A stretch of DNA of 63,882 bases, filler included, from Cercozoa sp. M6MM (Eukaryota; Protista; Endomyxa: Ascetosporea), in assembly GCA_040357565.1 (NCBI GenBank). It is 11 parts of 11 records of this genome, joined end to end, with 100 filler letters (N's around TTAATTAATTAA, not from the genome) between each part and the next. Parts side by side here need not be neighbours in the genome. Positions count along the whole stretch, not along the records: positions 22,303 to 46,454 come from JBDODJ010000160.1; positions 46,555 to 49,858 come from JBDODJ010001512.1; 9 more parts are not named here. The stretch is one strand, 5' to 3'. Each line of letters opens with the position of its first letter. Positions within the stretch are counted from its first letter, which is position 1. Below the pieces are notes generated by a model. That model was not told the origin of the DNA and did no database searches. It saw only the letters and a list, made by a program, of their open reading frames with translations. Position numbers and translations under genes: made by a program. This document shows, one piece after another, positions 35,242 to 48,320 of the stretch.

Positions 35242-38200
35242 ATGGTTCGTAAAAACGCGCGGAAGCGGTCTAAGCGACCGCAGAGCAGCGAACCCGATGT
35301 CGCTGAGTTGCCGCGGTCGGCCGCCGATCTCGGGTGCGCTGTGTTCTCTTGTGGACTCGTTGTTGTGCTTTAGTTTGATTTATTGCACGTATGTTCTGTA
35401 CGCATATGTGCAGTGTCCTTTTTGGCCGCAAGGGTGGCCCGAAGGACGCCAACGCCGAAGCACTGAAGGAGGCGCGTGAGGTCGAAACAGCTGGCGGTAT
35501 GCGTGTGTCTGTTGGTTGAACTGGTAACTTGGGGGAGAAACTCTCTGGTATTTGTGTGTGTGTTTTATGTGCAGAGCCGTCGAAGAAGAAGCGCAAGGGC
35601 AAGAAGAAGCAGGCCATTGCGGTTGTTGAGGAGCAGAACGAGAAGGAGACTCTGGTGCCGCTCACGTACGGCACGCTGCGCGAGGGTTCCCTGGTGCTCG
35701 GTGTCGTCAAGGTACCGAGTCCTCGATCCGTGTGTCTTTTGTTGCTTGTATTTAAACATTCAAAGGACGTGACTGATGTCGATGTGCGCGTGTCGCTGCC
35801 GAACTCGATGACGGGCTACCTGGCACTGCACGAGGTTAGCGAGCACGCCAAGAAGATGGTCGAGAGCTACGTCGATGACGACAACGATGAGGGTGTGATG
35901 TGTTCTCTTGTCCCATCTACCCATTTACCCTTCGACTTCACCGAAACAGAAGCCACGCTGCCGAGCCTCAAGGCGATGTTCAAGCCGGGCCAGTCGCTGT
36001 GCTGCGCCGTGCGTCGCCTCGACGAGAAGAAGCGCCGTCTCGAGCTCTCGCTGCTGCCTTCGGTATCCTCGCTGCGTTTCTTGTCCTTGACGGTTTCGTG
36101 TTTCAGTGAGTATCGGTTGTGAGTGTGCGCAGTTGATCAATGCGACAGTGGGTCAGCCGGAGCTGCAGGAGATCGCCGACACGAACACGCCGGTGCTGGG
36201 CCAAATCAGCAGCGTCGAGGAGCACGGCTACTCGGTGTCGCTGGGCGCTCTCACGGGCTTCCTGCCGTTCGACAAGGCCGCCATGACCGACGACGAGGAC
36301 GAAGAGGCAGACAAGAGCAAGCCGGCCAAGCTGCAGGTGGGCGATTCGGTCGAGTGCCTGGTGCGCAAGGTGTCGGCCAAGATGGTGCAGCTCACGCGAC
36401 TCACGGAGCAGCCGGTGCTGCAGACGATCGACTCGCTGCACACGCTGAAGCCTGGCATGCGCGTCAAGGGCGTCGTCAAGAGCACGCTGCACAACGGCGT
36501 CATCCTCGTGCTGCCGCCCTTCACGGCGCAGGTCATGGTGCGACACGCCACTCGCATGCCTGGTCAGCGCTGGCGCGACCTCGTTGATGTCGGTACCATC
36601 CTCTGTCCTCTCTGTAACCTTATAGATATATCCTTACATACACCTTCAGGCCAGGAAGTGATGGCCACGATCCTGCACGTCAACGTGGCGCAGAAGCGCA
36701 TCGACGCCTCGCTGCTCGACCTGCCGATCACTCTGCCTGTACCCTCTATGCTTGTACAGGTCGATAGATTCACATCCCACTGCAGAAGGTGCGCCGCGGT
36801 GACATCTTGGAGGGCTGCCGCGTGCGTCGCGTGGTGCAGAAGCTCGGCGTGTTCCTCGACTTCAATCAGGAGGGTGGCCTGGAGGCCTGCAGTGCCGACC
36901 AAGTGTCGCCGGGCAGCACGGAGGCCGGTGTGAGTGCCGCGTTCTGCCACGTGTCGATGCTCAAGGACGGTGCCAAGGTCACTCGCATCGACAAGGACTA
37001 CGCACCGGGCACGGTGCACACGGCTCGTGTGCTGGACGTGCACCCGCTGGACGGACACGTCGTGGTGACACTGCAGCCGTCGATGCTGGCGGCGCGTGCC
37101 ATGTCGCTGCGCGATGTGCAGGTCGGCGACGTCTTCGAAAAGGCCGAGATTGTGGCGCAGCTCTCGTCCAAGAAGGCTGCCGGCACTCTCACCGGCGTGA
37201 TTGTACCGTCCACACTTTGTCCAGTGTGGGGTCCACTTTGTACCTCTGGATATGTAGGTCCGTCTGGGCGACAAGGTCAAGGCGCTGGTCAAGGCGCGAC
37301 ACCTCTCCGATGTCGCACAGTCCGATATCCGACGTCGATGCCGTGTTGGCCAGGTAGCCTTTACACTTGTCTGCCTTTGAAGTTACTCCCTCCTCCCTGT
37401 TGCAGCACCTCAAGGTGCGCGTCCTGCGCGTCGATGCGAACCGCAAGCAGGTGGACGCGACGGCCAAGAAGTCGCTCGTGGAAGCCAGCGACGCCGAGTG
37501 GGTCAGCTCGTGGGACGACGTCACTCGCGATCGCGTGCTGCTCGGCGTCGTTGATCAGATCCGCAAGGAGATGTGTGTTGCACTTGACCCCCTGCCCTCT
37601 ACCTCCCGTATCCCGTGTGTGTACAGTGAAGACGACGAGCGCCGTCAGGGTGCCGTGGTTATCACCTTTGCCGGTGGTGTCAAGGTAGTCTATACCACTG
37701 TCCTGAAGCAGATTGCCCTTCCTTTGTACCGCTGTGTATGTGCAGGGTGTCCTGCCCAAGAAGGAGGTCGTCAAGGCCGGTGTAACGGACGATCTGCGTC
37801 GTGCCTACCGCAAGGTACCTTCCTGCCAATATCTACCTCTGGTACCGTACCGCCTTATGTGTGACACCTTGCTGACAGGGCCAGCTGCTGCGTGTGCGCG
37901 TGGCCAACGTCAACCGAGAGGAGCGACGCATGCTGCTGTCGCTGGACCTGCTGCCGCCGAGTCTGCACAAGGACAAGGCGCTTAACAAGAAGGAGCGACA
38001 GCGCCTGCGTGAGCAGCTGCAGGGCCTCGATCTCCGCGAGGGTACGCCCTGAACATCTGTCCGTCCGTCTGTACCACACACTGTACATCAACCTGTACAC
38101 AGGCCAGATCGTTAAGGGCGTGGTGCACAAGCGTCGCGAGGACCACTCGGTCGTGCTGGTGGAGGTGAGCGACTCCAAGACGATTGAGTGCGAGCTGCCG

Positions 38201-38845
38201 CACACGCACGTGGCCGACTCGCCGATTGCCAGTGCGTTTCTCCCTGCCCATCCCTTGTGTGTGTGGTTACCCCTGTCCATCTGTACGTGTGATAGGTGCC
38301 GCTGCGGCGGCCCTGCTGACGACGGGCATGCCGCTGACTCAGCTGGTGCTGCTGCAGGTGCGACAGGGCGCGCAGCGACCGCTGCTGTCGATGAAGCCGC
38401 TGTTGCTGGCGCAGGCGCTGGCCGACGATCCCGACTGCGTCAAGAAGGTGCACAAGAAGAAGCAGAAGGTGCTGCCGCCCATCCCACCCACCTTACCAAC
38501 AACATGATATTCATTTCACACACAGCAACTGCACGCGCTGGTGCAGCGCTTCAAGAAGGACGAGCTGCACTGGCCGACGAGCTACGCCGACCTGCTGCGT
38601 CGTCGCAACACCACGGTGGCCTGCACGGTGCGCCGCGTCGACCCGGCCATTGGTGTCTTTGTGGCCGGTCTCGGCAACACCGTACCATCGCTGCTTAACC
38701 ACACATTTGACGTGTCCGTAATTAGCGATGTTCTGTGTGTAGGTGCTCGTGGCGCCCAAGTCGAACCTCAGCGACGCCTTTGTGTCGCAGGAGGCCGCTC
38801 AGCAGCGCTTCCCGGAGGGCGCCACTGTGCTCACGCGTGTGGTAC

Positions 38846-38877
<32 letters not shown>

Positions 38878-41800
38878 GTGCACGCTATCTTATCTCGTTT
38901 ATCCGGGTGGTACAATATACACTACTCTCCGTGCTTGTAGATGAGCGATGTGCATGTCGACAAGCAACGTGCCGTTGCTTCCTTCCGCGTAAGTCACTTG
39001 TAGCCATGTGATCCCCACACACTATCCCCCTGACTTATGGCCTGTGTAGAGTTCGGAACTGCCGCGTGGCAAGCGCCGCATCTTTGCCGAGGCCATGCGT
39101 CTGTCGCTCGATGTAACATTCGCATAGCATACCATAACCTTAATAAAGGCCAGATGTCCGTGTATGCACTATCGGTATGTGTACAGGCCACGCGAGTCGC
39201 TCTCAACGTCGCTCAGATCGCTGACGATGCCAAAAAGTCTGCTGATGGTACACCGGCTCTCTTGTCCAAATTGATGCGTACTTGACCTGTCCAAACGGTA
39301 TGTTTCCCCAGGCAAGGAGACCAAGCGACTGCGTCGTGTCGAAGTTGTGCTCAAGGCACTCGCCGAGGAGGAGGTACTCACTGAGCGACTGGTTATTGTG
39401 TTTGTGGAGTGGCTACTTAACCCTGAGAGTGTATGTATCTAAACGGACAGGCCCGTCTGGACCGAGAGGTGGCCAAGCTGATGCAGACCAAGCAGGCCAG
39501 CGAGGACGCCAAGGCGCTGCGTGCTGGTCAGAAGGTCAAGGCCACCGTGCTCCGTGCCGTCGAGGGTTCGCACCTCTTTGTTGGTGACTCCAAGGGCCGT
39601 GTCGGCCGTGTTCACATTGCTGAGGTACTCTCGCACAGTCCAAAACTCTCTTTCGGACTCAAACTGGTTTCCGTATCAGGTCAATGAGGAATTCGTGCCG
39701 CTTTCGCTGAACAAGGAATTCCGCGTGCGCTCGAAACTGCTCGTGAAATGTCTCGGCCGCAGACGCGACAAGAGCGACGAGTACGAGTTCTCGCTTCTCA
39801 ACGTGCGTTTTTGACTTTTTGAGCCCCATACAGTTTTGTTTTTAACAAACGATGGTACAAATGTGCAGATGGATTCCAAGGAGCGCGTCGAGGCAGAGGA
39901 AGACGGCAGTGCGCTGCCGAGTGCGCTGCCGGCTGTGGGCAGTGTTGTGCCGCTCTATGTCAAGCGCATCACGAAATCGGGTGCTTTCCTGTCGCTGTCG
40001 CGCGACGCGGAGGCACGCTGTATGCTCAAGGTGCGTTTTTCTGTGTACATTCATACTGTCCGTTTGTACTTTGAAACTGGTGTTGCTGTACAGGACCTGA
40101 GCGACAGTTTCGTGCGTCAACCGGCGAAGCTCTTCCGCATCGGCAAGCTTGTGCTCGGCCGCGTCCAGTCTGTCAAGTGCGTTTCTCTACACCTGTATGT
40201 ACACGTGTCTATATGTACACATGTCTACGCAGCGAGGAGAAACGCACTGTGAGTGTGTCGCTGCGTCAAAGCGATGTGGCCGGCGAGACGCGTCGTCGCG
40301 TGCTGTCGCGTCTCAGTGGTACGCCGTGTGATATTTACCCCCCCCCCCTATCTTCCTCCCATATCTCCGTGTGTTCAGTTGGCGATTGCGTGGCTGCCAC
40401 GGTGACGAACGTCAACCCGAAACTCGGCGTCTTTGTGTCGATCGACGGCTCTGCTGTACCGTCATGTGTAACTTGCTACCTGGTAGTAAACAACCTTACT
40501 CCCCTCCTCTCTGCCTGCAGGACGAGAAGGGTCGTCCGTTGAGCGGCCTGGCACACATCTCGTGCGTGTCGGACGACGTGCCGGTGGAGACGCTGCAGCA
40601 GTCGCTCGGCGAGCACTTTGACGTGGGCGACAAGGTGCGCGTCGTCGTCACCAAGATCGACACGGACAAGTGTCGCGTCTCGCTGTCGCTCAAGCCGAGC
40701 GACGTCGAAGAGGTACTGCCTGCTGCTGCTTGCTACTGCCTGCTACTCCTACTGTCTGCTGTGTGCATGAATAAACTGGTCCGCGTATGTCTGTGCAGGC
40801 ACTTAACAACGAGCGTTTCCTGGACGAATCGCAGCTGCGACCCGAGGTGGAACGCGGCGACGCCGAGGTGGCCGACGTCGACGTCGAGGACTACCTGGTC
40901 GACGAGGACAGCGACGAGGAGGAGTCCTCCTCCTCCGACGAGGATGCTGACGAGGAAGAGGAGGAGGAGGATGCCGATGAGGACAGCGAGGACAGCGAGG
41001 ACGACGAGAATGACGAGGGTCCCAAGGGCTTCTTCTCCAAGACCCTGCTGGCTCAGGACGACTCTGATTCGGACGAGGACTCGGACGCCGATTCTGGCTC
41101 GGACGACGACGACGAGGACACCAAGCTGTCGGCCAAGGCACTGCGACGACAGAAGAAGGTTCGCTCCCTTGCCCCTGTGACCTTCACTACACCTCCACTC
41201 TTTACCCCCCTCCCCTGTGTTGTAGGCGCAGAAGGACAAGCGCATGCGCGAAGCTCTGCGACGAGAAGAGGCGCTGGCGCGAGGCGAGGCTGCTCCCGAG
41301 ACGGTAGCCACTTTCCCTCTTTCGTAGCCGTGGCTACATCTGTATGTACGTGTGTACGGTACAACTGGACAGGAGGCCGACCTGCAACGTCTGTTGGCGA
41401 CGTCGCCGAACTCGTCGTTCCTGTGGACGCGTCTGATGGCCTTCCACGCTGCCGTAGCCTTAATCAATAATGTCCTGTCCAATTGTGTTTTGTACATTGG
41501 TACCATGGGAGTGTGTGCAGAGACACGAGTTCGACAAGGCACGCGAGACGGGTCGCAACGCTCTGGACCGCATCAACTTCCGCGAGGGCCAGGAGCGACT
41601 CAACGTTTGGATGGCCCTCCTGGCACTTGAGGTGGCCCATGGCGACGCCTACACGCGCGACACCGTGCTCAAGGAGGTCGAGAAGGCCAACGACCGTGCA
41701 CAGGGTACCGAACCTATACTCCGTCCATACCCAGGCCTACACCTAGGCTTATACTTCCGTCCTTTATCTCTGACTGTATGTGTGAATAGTGCTGCGTCGC

Positions 41801-42669
41801 ACGGCGCAGCTGTACGCGCAGGCGGCGGCCGAGGAGCAGCCGGTGCGACCAAGTGCGCAAGGCGGCAGCAACAAGCCGTACCGACAGCTCGCTGCCGACG
41901 TGCTGGCTCGTCTCACCAAGCACTTCCCGGGTACCACTTGTACACTGTGTGTGTATATGTGTGTGTGTGTGTGTCTGGGTGGGTATGCATGTATGGGGTA
42001 TGTATGTGTGTTTGCACAGAGGACGTGTCATCGTGGGTCACGCACGCCGAGTACCTGTACAAGGAAGCCAAGCGTATTAGCGAGGACAGCAACCTGCCGC
42101 CGGCCAAGCGTGCCAAGGCTGCCAGCACTGCCTACAAGCGGGCACGTGCCCTGCAGGTACCTCCTTCCTGTGAGGATTCGTGTATTGATATTGCTGTACT
42201 AACGTGTCGCTTGCAGACCCGCGCACTCCAGGCGCTCTCCTTCAAGAAGAAGCTGCAGGTGGACGCGTCGCTCAAGTTGGCGCTGCTGGAGCACCGGCAC
42301 GGCGACGCCGAGCGTGCGCGCACGTCGTTCGAGACGCTGCTGAGCGGCTACCCGCGTCGATTGGACATCTGGACCACGTACGCCGACGCCGAGGCCAAGC
42401 TCGGTGAGGTCAAGCGTGCGCGACGCGTCTACGAACGCATGTGCTCGGGAACGACCTCGTGGTCGGTGCGCCGCATGCAATACGTATTCCGCCGCTTCCT
42501 GGCCTTTGAGCAGAAGCACGGCGACGAGGCCGGCGTGGCTGCCGTGCAGAAGAAGGCCGTGCAGTGGGTCAAGGAACACACCGCTGGCGACAACGACGAC
42601 AGCAGCGGCAGCAGCGATGAGAGCGACAACGACGCCATGCGCGACGACGACGACGAGGAGTCAGAGTAA
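35242..42669 (+). CDS. RRP5: RRP5/PDCD11 rRNA biogenesis protein (S1 repeats + HAT repeats)
   Basis: LREGSLVLGVVK...VSLPNSMTGYL, many S1 repeats, acidic linker, SPNSSFLWTRLMAFH, ALDRINFREGQERLNVWMALLALE, GDAERARTSFETLLSGYPRRLDIW; many short GT-AG introns. Confidence 0.96.
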
Positions 42670-42765
42670 CTTTCGCTTCGCTTTCTTCCGTTTCCTCCCG
42701 CGCAGACGTGGGGCCCGGTCTACGCTAGTCGGTCCAGTTGTATCTACTAACTGCCAGTATCTATA

Positions 42766-43182
42766 TGTTACTGCGGCTCAATGGCCCAATCAGAAACGGA
42801 AAGAAGATAAGTCGTCACTCAGTTGAGTCAACGTTAGAACTGAAGGTGAAGTACCACTACTGTAACCCGAGGTGATCCCACTGGATTTCTATGCGTTTAA
42901 GAAAAACTCCGCCTGTGAACACACGCACGACGAAGTGAGTGGAATGGAAACCAGCCAATGAGCTAACTGAAACAGGCTGAAGCCGTGACGGAGCTTTCTG
43001 ATTCTTTGCAAGGACTCTGTCCAGGCAACAGCAATCCTGAGTCAGTAGTCAGGTCTCAGAGCAAGGCTCCAAGCCAAAACACTCTTAAAACTTCTCTCCA
43101 GTCTCAACACTTGGTTGAGACATGAATTGTGACCTCCACGCGGACGGGTCAGAGCAATGACTACTGAAAGTGTGCAGTAACA
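42766..43182. mobile_element. Solo-LTR-like element, copy 2 (417 bp)
   Basis: Same TGTTACTGC...GCAGTAACA ends; flanks TATA/CATA (one mismatch); internal deletions relative to copy 1. Confidence 0.8.
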
Positions 43183-43305
43183 CATAAACTACCAAACAGA
43201 ACAAGGCTAAGCGACGCGAAGCACGAGCATAACGCCGCGGTGCAAACCGAGTTCTTGCCTGAAAGGACCAAAAAAATGCATACACAGGACCCAAGTCAGG
43301 TAGAA

Positions 43306-44943
43306 CTAGACAACGAGGTGTACAGTGACTGAGTCCACTGCTGCGACGTAAAGGCTGGAGTCGGCGGCGAACGTAGCGTGAGTTTCTTGACTGACACCGG
43401 CAGCAGCGACGGCACTTGCTGACACACGGCAGCGAGCACGTCCAGCAACGTACTGGAAACCGGCAGCGTGAGCGAGATCGGAGCCTGTGCAGACCACTAA
43501 CTCTGAAGAACATGGACAGTCAAAAAGGACACACCTTGACCGACGACACGCCATTGATTCGTACTCGCACGCGAGTCTGCGCTTCACTCGTTTCGTCTGC
43601 AACTTTGCGCAACTGGAGCATTTTTTCGACAGTCACGCCTTCGCTTTCGCTTTCAGCGACGGCCTCTTCAGTTTCGGCAGCTTCAGTTGTGGCAGCTTCA
43701 GTTTCCGTCGTGTCAGCGAGTGTTTGTTTCTTTTGCTGTAGCCGCATGTCGACAAACTTTGGCGAAACGCGCTGTGGTCCAAGTTCGCCGAGCATGCGTC
43801 TCAAGACTTCCTTTCGTAATTCTCTGTGAACAGCTCAGTGTAAAGGCAGTGTATTTAGAAAGAAACAAAAATAGAGGGTACGCTTCGTCCTGATTGGTCT
43901 TGCTTGCGATGTTTGGAGAAGCAGCAGGAACGGCAGAAACCGAAGCTGGCGTCGTCGCAGTTTTGCGCGTCGAATGCGGTCGCGCCGACGGCAAAACGAA
44001 AGGTTTCTTCTCCTGTGAATGTGGTGAAGTGTCTTTGGACTTGACTGGTGTCTGTAGTTTCTGCTGCTGTTGTTTCTGCTGCTGTTGCTGTTGTTTGAGG
44101 CGACGCTGTCGTTGACGATGGCGACGTTCCTGCCGCATCAGTTCGATATCGTTCTGCACATCGGCGGCAGCGGTGGCATCCTCGTTGTGCTGCGACTCGG
44201 GCTTGCGTGCTAGGTGGGCAAACACGTCGCGTTTCTCCTGCTTCTCCTGGAAGGCCAGGTAGGCACGCATCGTATCGACGTCCTCTTCAGCTGCACAAAG
44301 TCAAAGCACAGAATCCAGTCAAAGAGAGATAAAAGGTGAAGCAGTAACGAGTCAAAGCAAACGAACTGGAGGTGCCGTCTCTAGCTCGCTGCAGCAGCTG
44401 CAGCATTTCAGAAGCACGCGGTACGCCCTGCAAGCAACACACGTACACATGCTTTCTTTGAGAGAACATGCATTATTTTGAGAAAGTGACTACAGGATAG
44501 TTCTCCTCGTGAAAGCCGGGTTGCTCTTGTTCAATGAGGTCTTCGACGCGCGCGACGCGGCGCAGCTTTTTCTCAAAGTCGCTGAAGCGGTCTCGCTTCG
44601 GCTTCTTCTCGCTCGATGCAAAGGCTTCCGGGTTTCGCGCGATTCTGGCACCCGCCAAGATTCGGTTCACCATGTGCTCTGCACAAATACAAAAAAACCG
44701 AGGTGAAGACAACTCGCGAATAGCTCGAAATGTACGCTTGATGTCTGGCTCGAGATCGGAGTGTTCGACACGCTCGAGCGACTCTTCCAGCGACAAGAAC
44801 GCGCCCTCCTGTGCGGCTTCGTCGTGCTGCTGCAACTCAGTGCTCAGCTGCACCTCTTCTTCCTCGTCATCACTTTTTCTGTCATCATCTGAGTCGCTCA
44901 GATTTTGCAACAGCTCTTCAATTCCTCGCTGTGGTGTCCTCAT
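43306..44943 (-). CDS. Uncharacterised charged/low-complexity protein
   Basis: MRTPQRGIEELLQNLSDSDDD... through about 6 exons with a poly-Q tract to ...DSVTVHLVV*. Confidence 0.65.
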
Positions 44944-45123
44944 ACTGCACCCACAATAACTAGCACACGTGTGCTCACTGTGATGTCACTATGTTGTGGC
45001 TGTCGGACTGCAGCTGGGTCTAGATTTTTCTACAGCAATTCGCGAACTTAGAGCCGAGACCAACGGATTTAAGCCGGACAGAACTGTAAGAATGGACTAA
45101 AAAGCTTAAAATCGGGATGAGGT

Positions 45124-46290
45124 CTACGGCATCTGAAGCGATTCAGTCACGAGTCGCGTCACCACCTGGCAATCAACGTCGCCGCCGTTCTCGTCGGTCT
45201 GCGCAGATGCATCAAACACAAGAACCAAAATTTGAGACGAGGGTAGACTACCACTTGGGCGCACAAGATTCCAGAGAGCGTGGTGTTGGCGCTGAGCGAC
45301 ACGTGCACCGGGTGGAACATCTCGCTATCGTGTCGCGGCAGCTTAAGCTCAAGCATGCCTTGTGCATTGGCCTCCACTACACACAACAGAAAGTGCAAAC
45401 TATCCAGGGAGCCAAACGGCAGACTGAAGGCACACACATACACAAAGACTCACCTTGCGGCACAGTCCAGACGACTGAGCGACGCGCCAGGTCGAACTTA
45501 GCGTCACCGGCGTCGCACATGGACACTTCCCTGTGCAGTTTAATCTTAATAATCTTAATACAACTGTCTACACCCGACAAGGAAAAGAGGTGTGTCACAT
45601 GTCATTCTGTGAGCGGCAGCGCGGCAGCGGAATCTCGATGCGCAACTCGTCGAACGACGATTCCTCGGTTCTGTGACAAGAGAGAGTACCGTGCCGATGG
45701 ACGGACACATTCCGTGTTGGAAGAAAAAGGAGGTACGTGAATTCGACAGTGAGCGAGGAGCCGCTGCCTTCGTCGCCAGGCCAGACCAGCACCGACACGG
45801 GCGGGGAGCAGTCACTCGACGAGCGTCGCCAGCGCACCAGCTGCACCGGCTTGCGACCGACTGGCAACTGCACACGTACACACATGCATATCACAATAAG
45901 AAGTACACACGAGGGCACCTGCTTGTTGTCACGCAGCTGCAGCAGACGGCGTTTCTTCCACGCCATTCTATCCAGCACAGGACGTGCCATGAGTCGGAAA
46001 CCTCGCTCCTGCACATACAGAGAATACGCAGAGCACAGACCGACATTAACAAGAAGAGTTTACTTCGGCCAGATCGACGCCGGCGACTTGCACTTGCACG
46101 CGTGCAAAGTCGGGGTCTCGTACCTGCGTTTAGTGAGCTGTGTGGACAGCTTGACAAACAGCAAGAGACAGCTGTACCAGCACACACAGATCGCCAGTGA
46201 CATCAAGTTGCTTAAGCGCACCGTCGCGTTCCAGTGTGCCGGAGAGACGTTCCTGTAGTTGCACAACGAGCGGGCCCGCTGGCTGCACAC
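45124..46290 (-). CDS. Coatomer delta-like mu-homology domain protein, C-terminal exons
   Basis: FRLMARPVLDRMAW...LPVGRKPVQLVRWR...PPVSVLVWPGDEG...IEIPLP...VVWTVP...GMLEL...FHPVHVSLSANTTLSGI parallels the delta-COP MHD pattern (HPNIDK...LKWR...PLTINCWP...FFPVQVSF). Confidence 0.75.
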
Positions 46291-46406
46291 CAAGGGACAA
46301 TGAGGCAGTTTGGTTAGACTAAAGAACACACAGGGATTGGTACCAGTTCGACAGGTTCCGGTGCCACAGGTTTCGGTGCTTGGAACTGTTGTCACAAGTG
46401 AAGTTG

Positions 46407-46454
<48 letters not shown>

Positions 46455-47119
46455 NNNNNNNNNNNNNNNNNNNNNNNNNNNNNNNNNNNNNNNNNNNNTT
46501 AATTAATTAANNNNNNNNNNNNNNNNNNNNNNNNNNNNNNNNNNNNNNNNNNNNATATATATATATATATATATATATATAGATCTATATATAACATATA
46601 TGTTTGTATATATGCATTATCTCTATATCTGTATCTGTAGATCTATATCTTGATTTAGAACTATAACTTTGTCTGTATATCTATACATGTATATATTTAT
46701 ATATGTATATGTATCTGTCTATATTATATGTAGATATATATCTATAGATATATATATATATAGATATAGATATGTATATATATACATATGTGTCCCTATA
46801 ATTATGCTTGCCTGATGTTTCTAGCATCGGCGACCGCATCATGGAGCGACATCTCATCGCACTCAACGGACGACCGGCCTTTGCGGTCTCTCTTTCTTGG
46901 GGGAACGGGTAAAGGAGGGAGGTTAAAGTGGTGTGCGCAGGATTTCCGTCCGCGTCGTCCGCGCAACATTTTGACGAATTCCTCGCAGCTGCGCTGGTGC
47001 GTTTCTACTCTTTGTATTAAGGGGGCACAACAGTAATTATTGTTAAGTTGGTGCAACACTACTGATAGTTAAAAGGGCGGTATGGTAGAATCAGTGATTA
47101 AGGCTGCGTTGTTGTTAGG

Positions 47120-47934
47120 ATGCGCGATGGCAGACCGGATCTGCGCAATCTGTTCGACTTGTTCGGCGACATGCCGGGCGACCCGATCGGCACTGTGCTG
47201 GTCTTACGTCCTTATAGCCCCCTTATACCCCCCTCTTACTCCCCTCTTACCTACTTAACCCCTCCTGTTTTGTAGACTTTCCTGCAAGAGCAAATCGAAA
47301 TGGATCGGCGAATCTGCCGCCAACGTGAAGTGTGGTAAGTGGGCTGTGTAAAGAGGGTAGAGGGTAGAGGGTAGAGGGTAGAGGAGAGGGTAGAGGGTAG
47401 AGGGTAGAGGGTAGGGGGGTGAGTCTATTGCACATCTGTCCCCACAGGCTGCTGCGACACTGCACGCGATCTGCGCTGACCATGCAGGTGCCTTACTTGC
47501 CTGGGGGTACTGGGGGGTAAAGGACGGACTTTACTCGTTTCCTGCAGCTGCGGCAGGCCAACCAACTGCGCGTCTCGGTGCCGAAATCAGCGACGGTGTC
47601 TCTCGACACTCTGCGCAACCTCGCCGAGGCACTCGAATGTAGGCACTTTGAGGAGGTGGGGGGGGGGTATAACTGAATAGCATCGTTTTGTGTCGCTAAT
47701 AGGTCCCATCTGCTGCGACCGGCCAGTCAACCTGTTCGTCCTTCCGTGCGGACACGGCGGCTTTTGCGACTCGTGCTTCTGCCGGTGTGTTGTCCCCGAC
47801 CCTCACTTCTTCCTTTACCCCCCCCCCCCCCCGTTCTCTGTGGCAGAGAGGAGAACTCGGACAGCGTGTGCTACTACTGCCGCGAGCCGCTCTCTGTGCA
47901 CTACCGCATCTCCTTCCCGCGCGCTGGCGACTAG
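47120..47934 (+). CDS. Small C3HC4 RING-finger protein
   Basis: ECPICCDRPVNLFVLPCGHGGFCDSCFCREENSDSVCYYCR across 6 exons. Confidence 0.88.
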
Positions 47935-48320
47935 GCGTCTGGGTTGATTGCTTTACGCTTCTATTTAAACACCTAAGCGGCGGATGCCTCGTCGTTAGGG
48001 TCGGAGATATTTAAAAGCCAGCTTTCAACGACTGGATGACGGATCGTTCAAAGACGGTCCGGTCCGCACGGGTTAGCCCGGGAGGGGTGGCGATCAGACG
48101 CTAGCGCCCCAGCACTAAGAGGCAACGACGGCGGAGGGACCCTAGTGAAAGTTGTATCTTAGTGAGGTTCGAGCACTTCAGCGTGGGCGAGGCTGTACGC
48201 GCCAAACCTCCAAAAACTCGAAAGAAAATATGAAGGGGGCATATTTTCGTGGATTAGACCTGCCAGGCACTAGATTAGGCTGCATTTTGCTTGGAGAAGT
48301 GTGGTCTTGCGACACAGCGC

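Noticed and set aside
35242-42669. Alternative genetic code or non-canonical introns to explain the fragmented ORFs
   Set aside because: The conserved genes I traced reassemble with the standard code and GT-AG introns.
46805-46968. Possible minus-strand gene start with a GC donor
   Set aside because: Too short and truncated to support.
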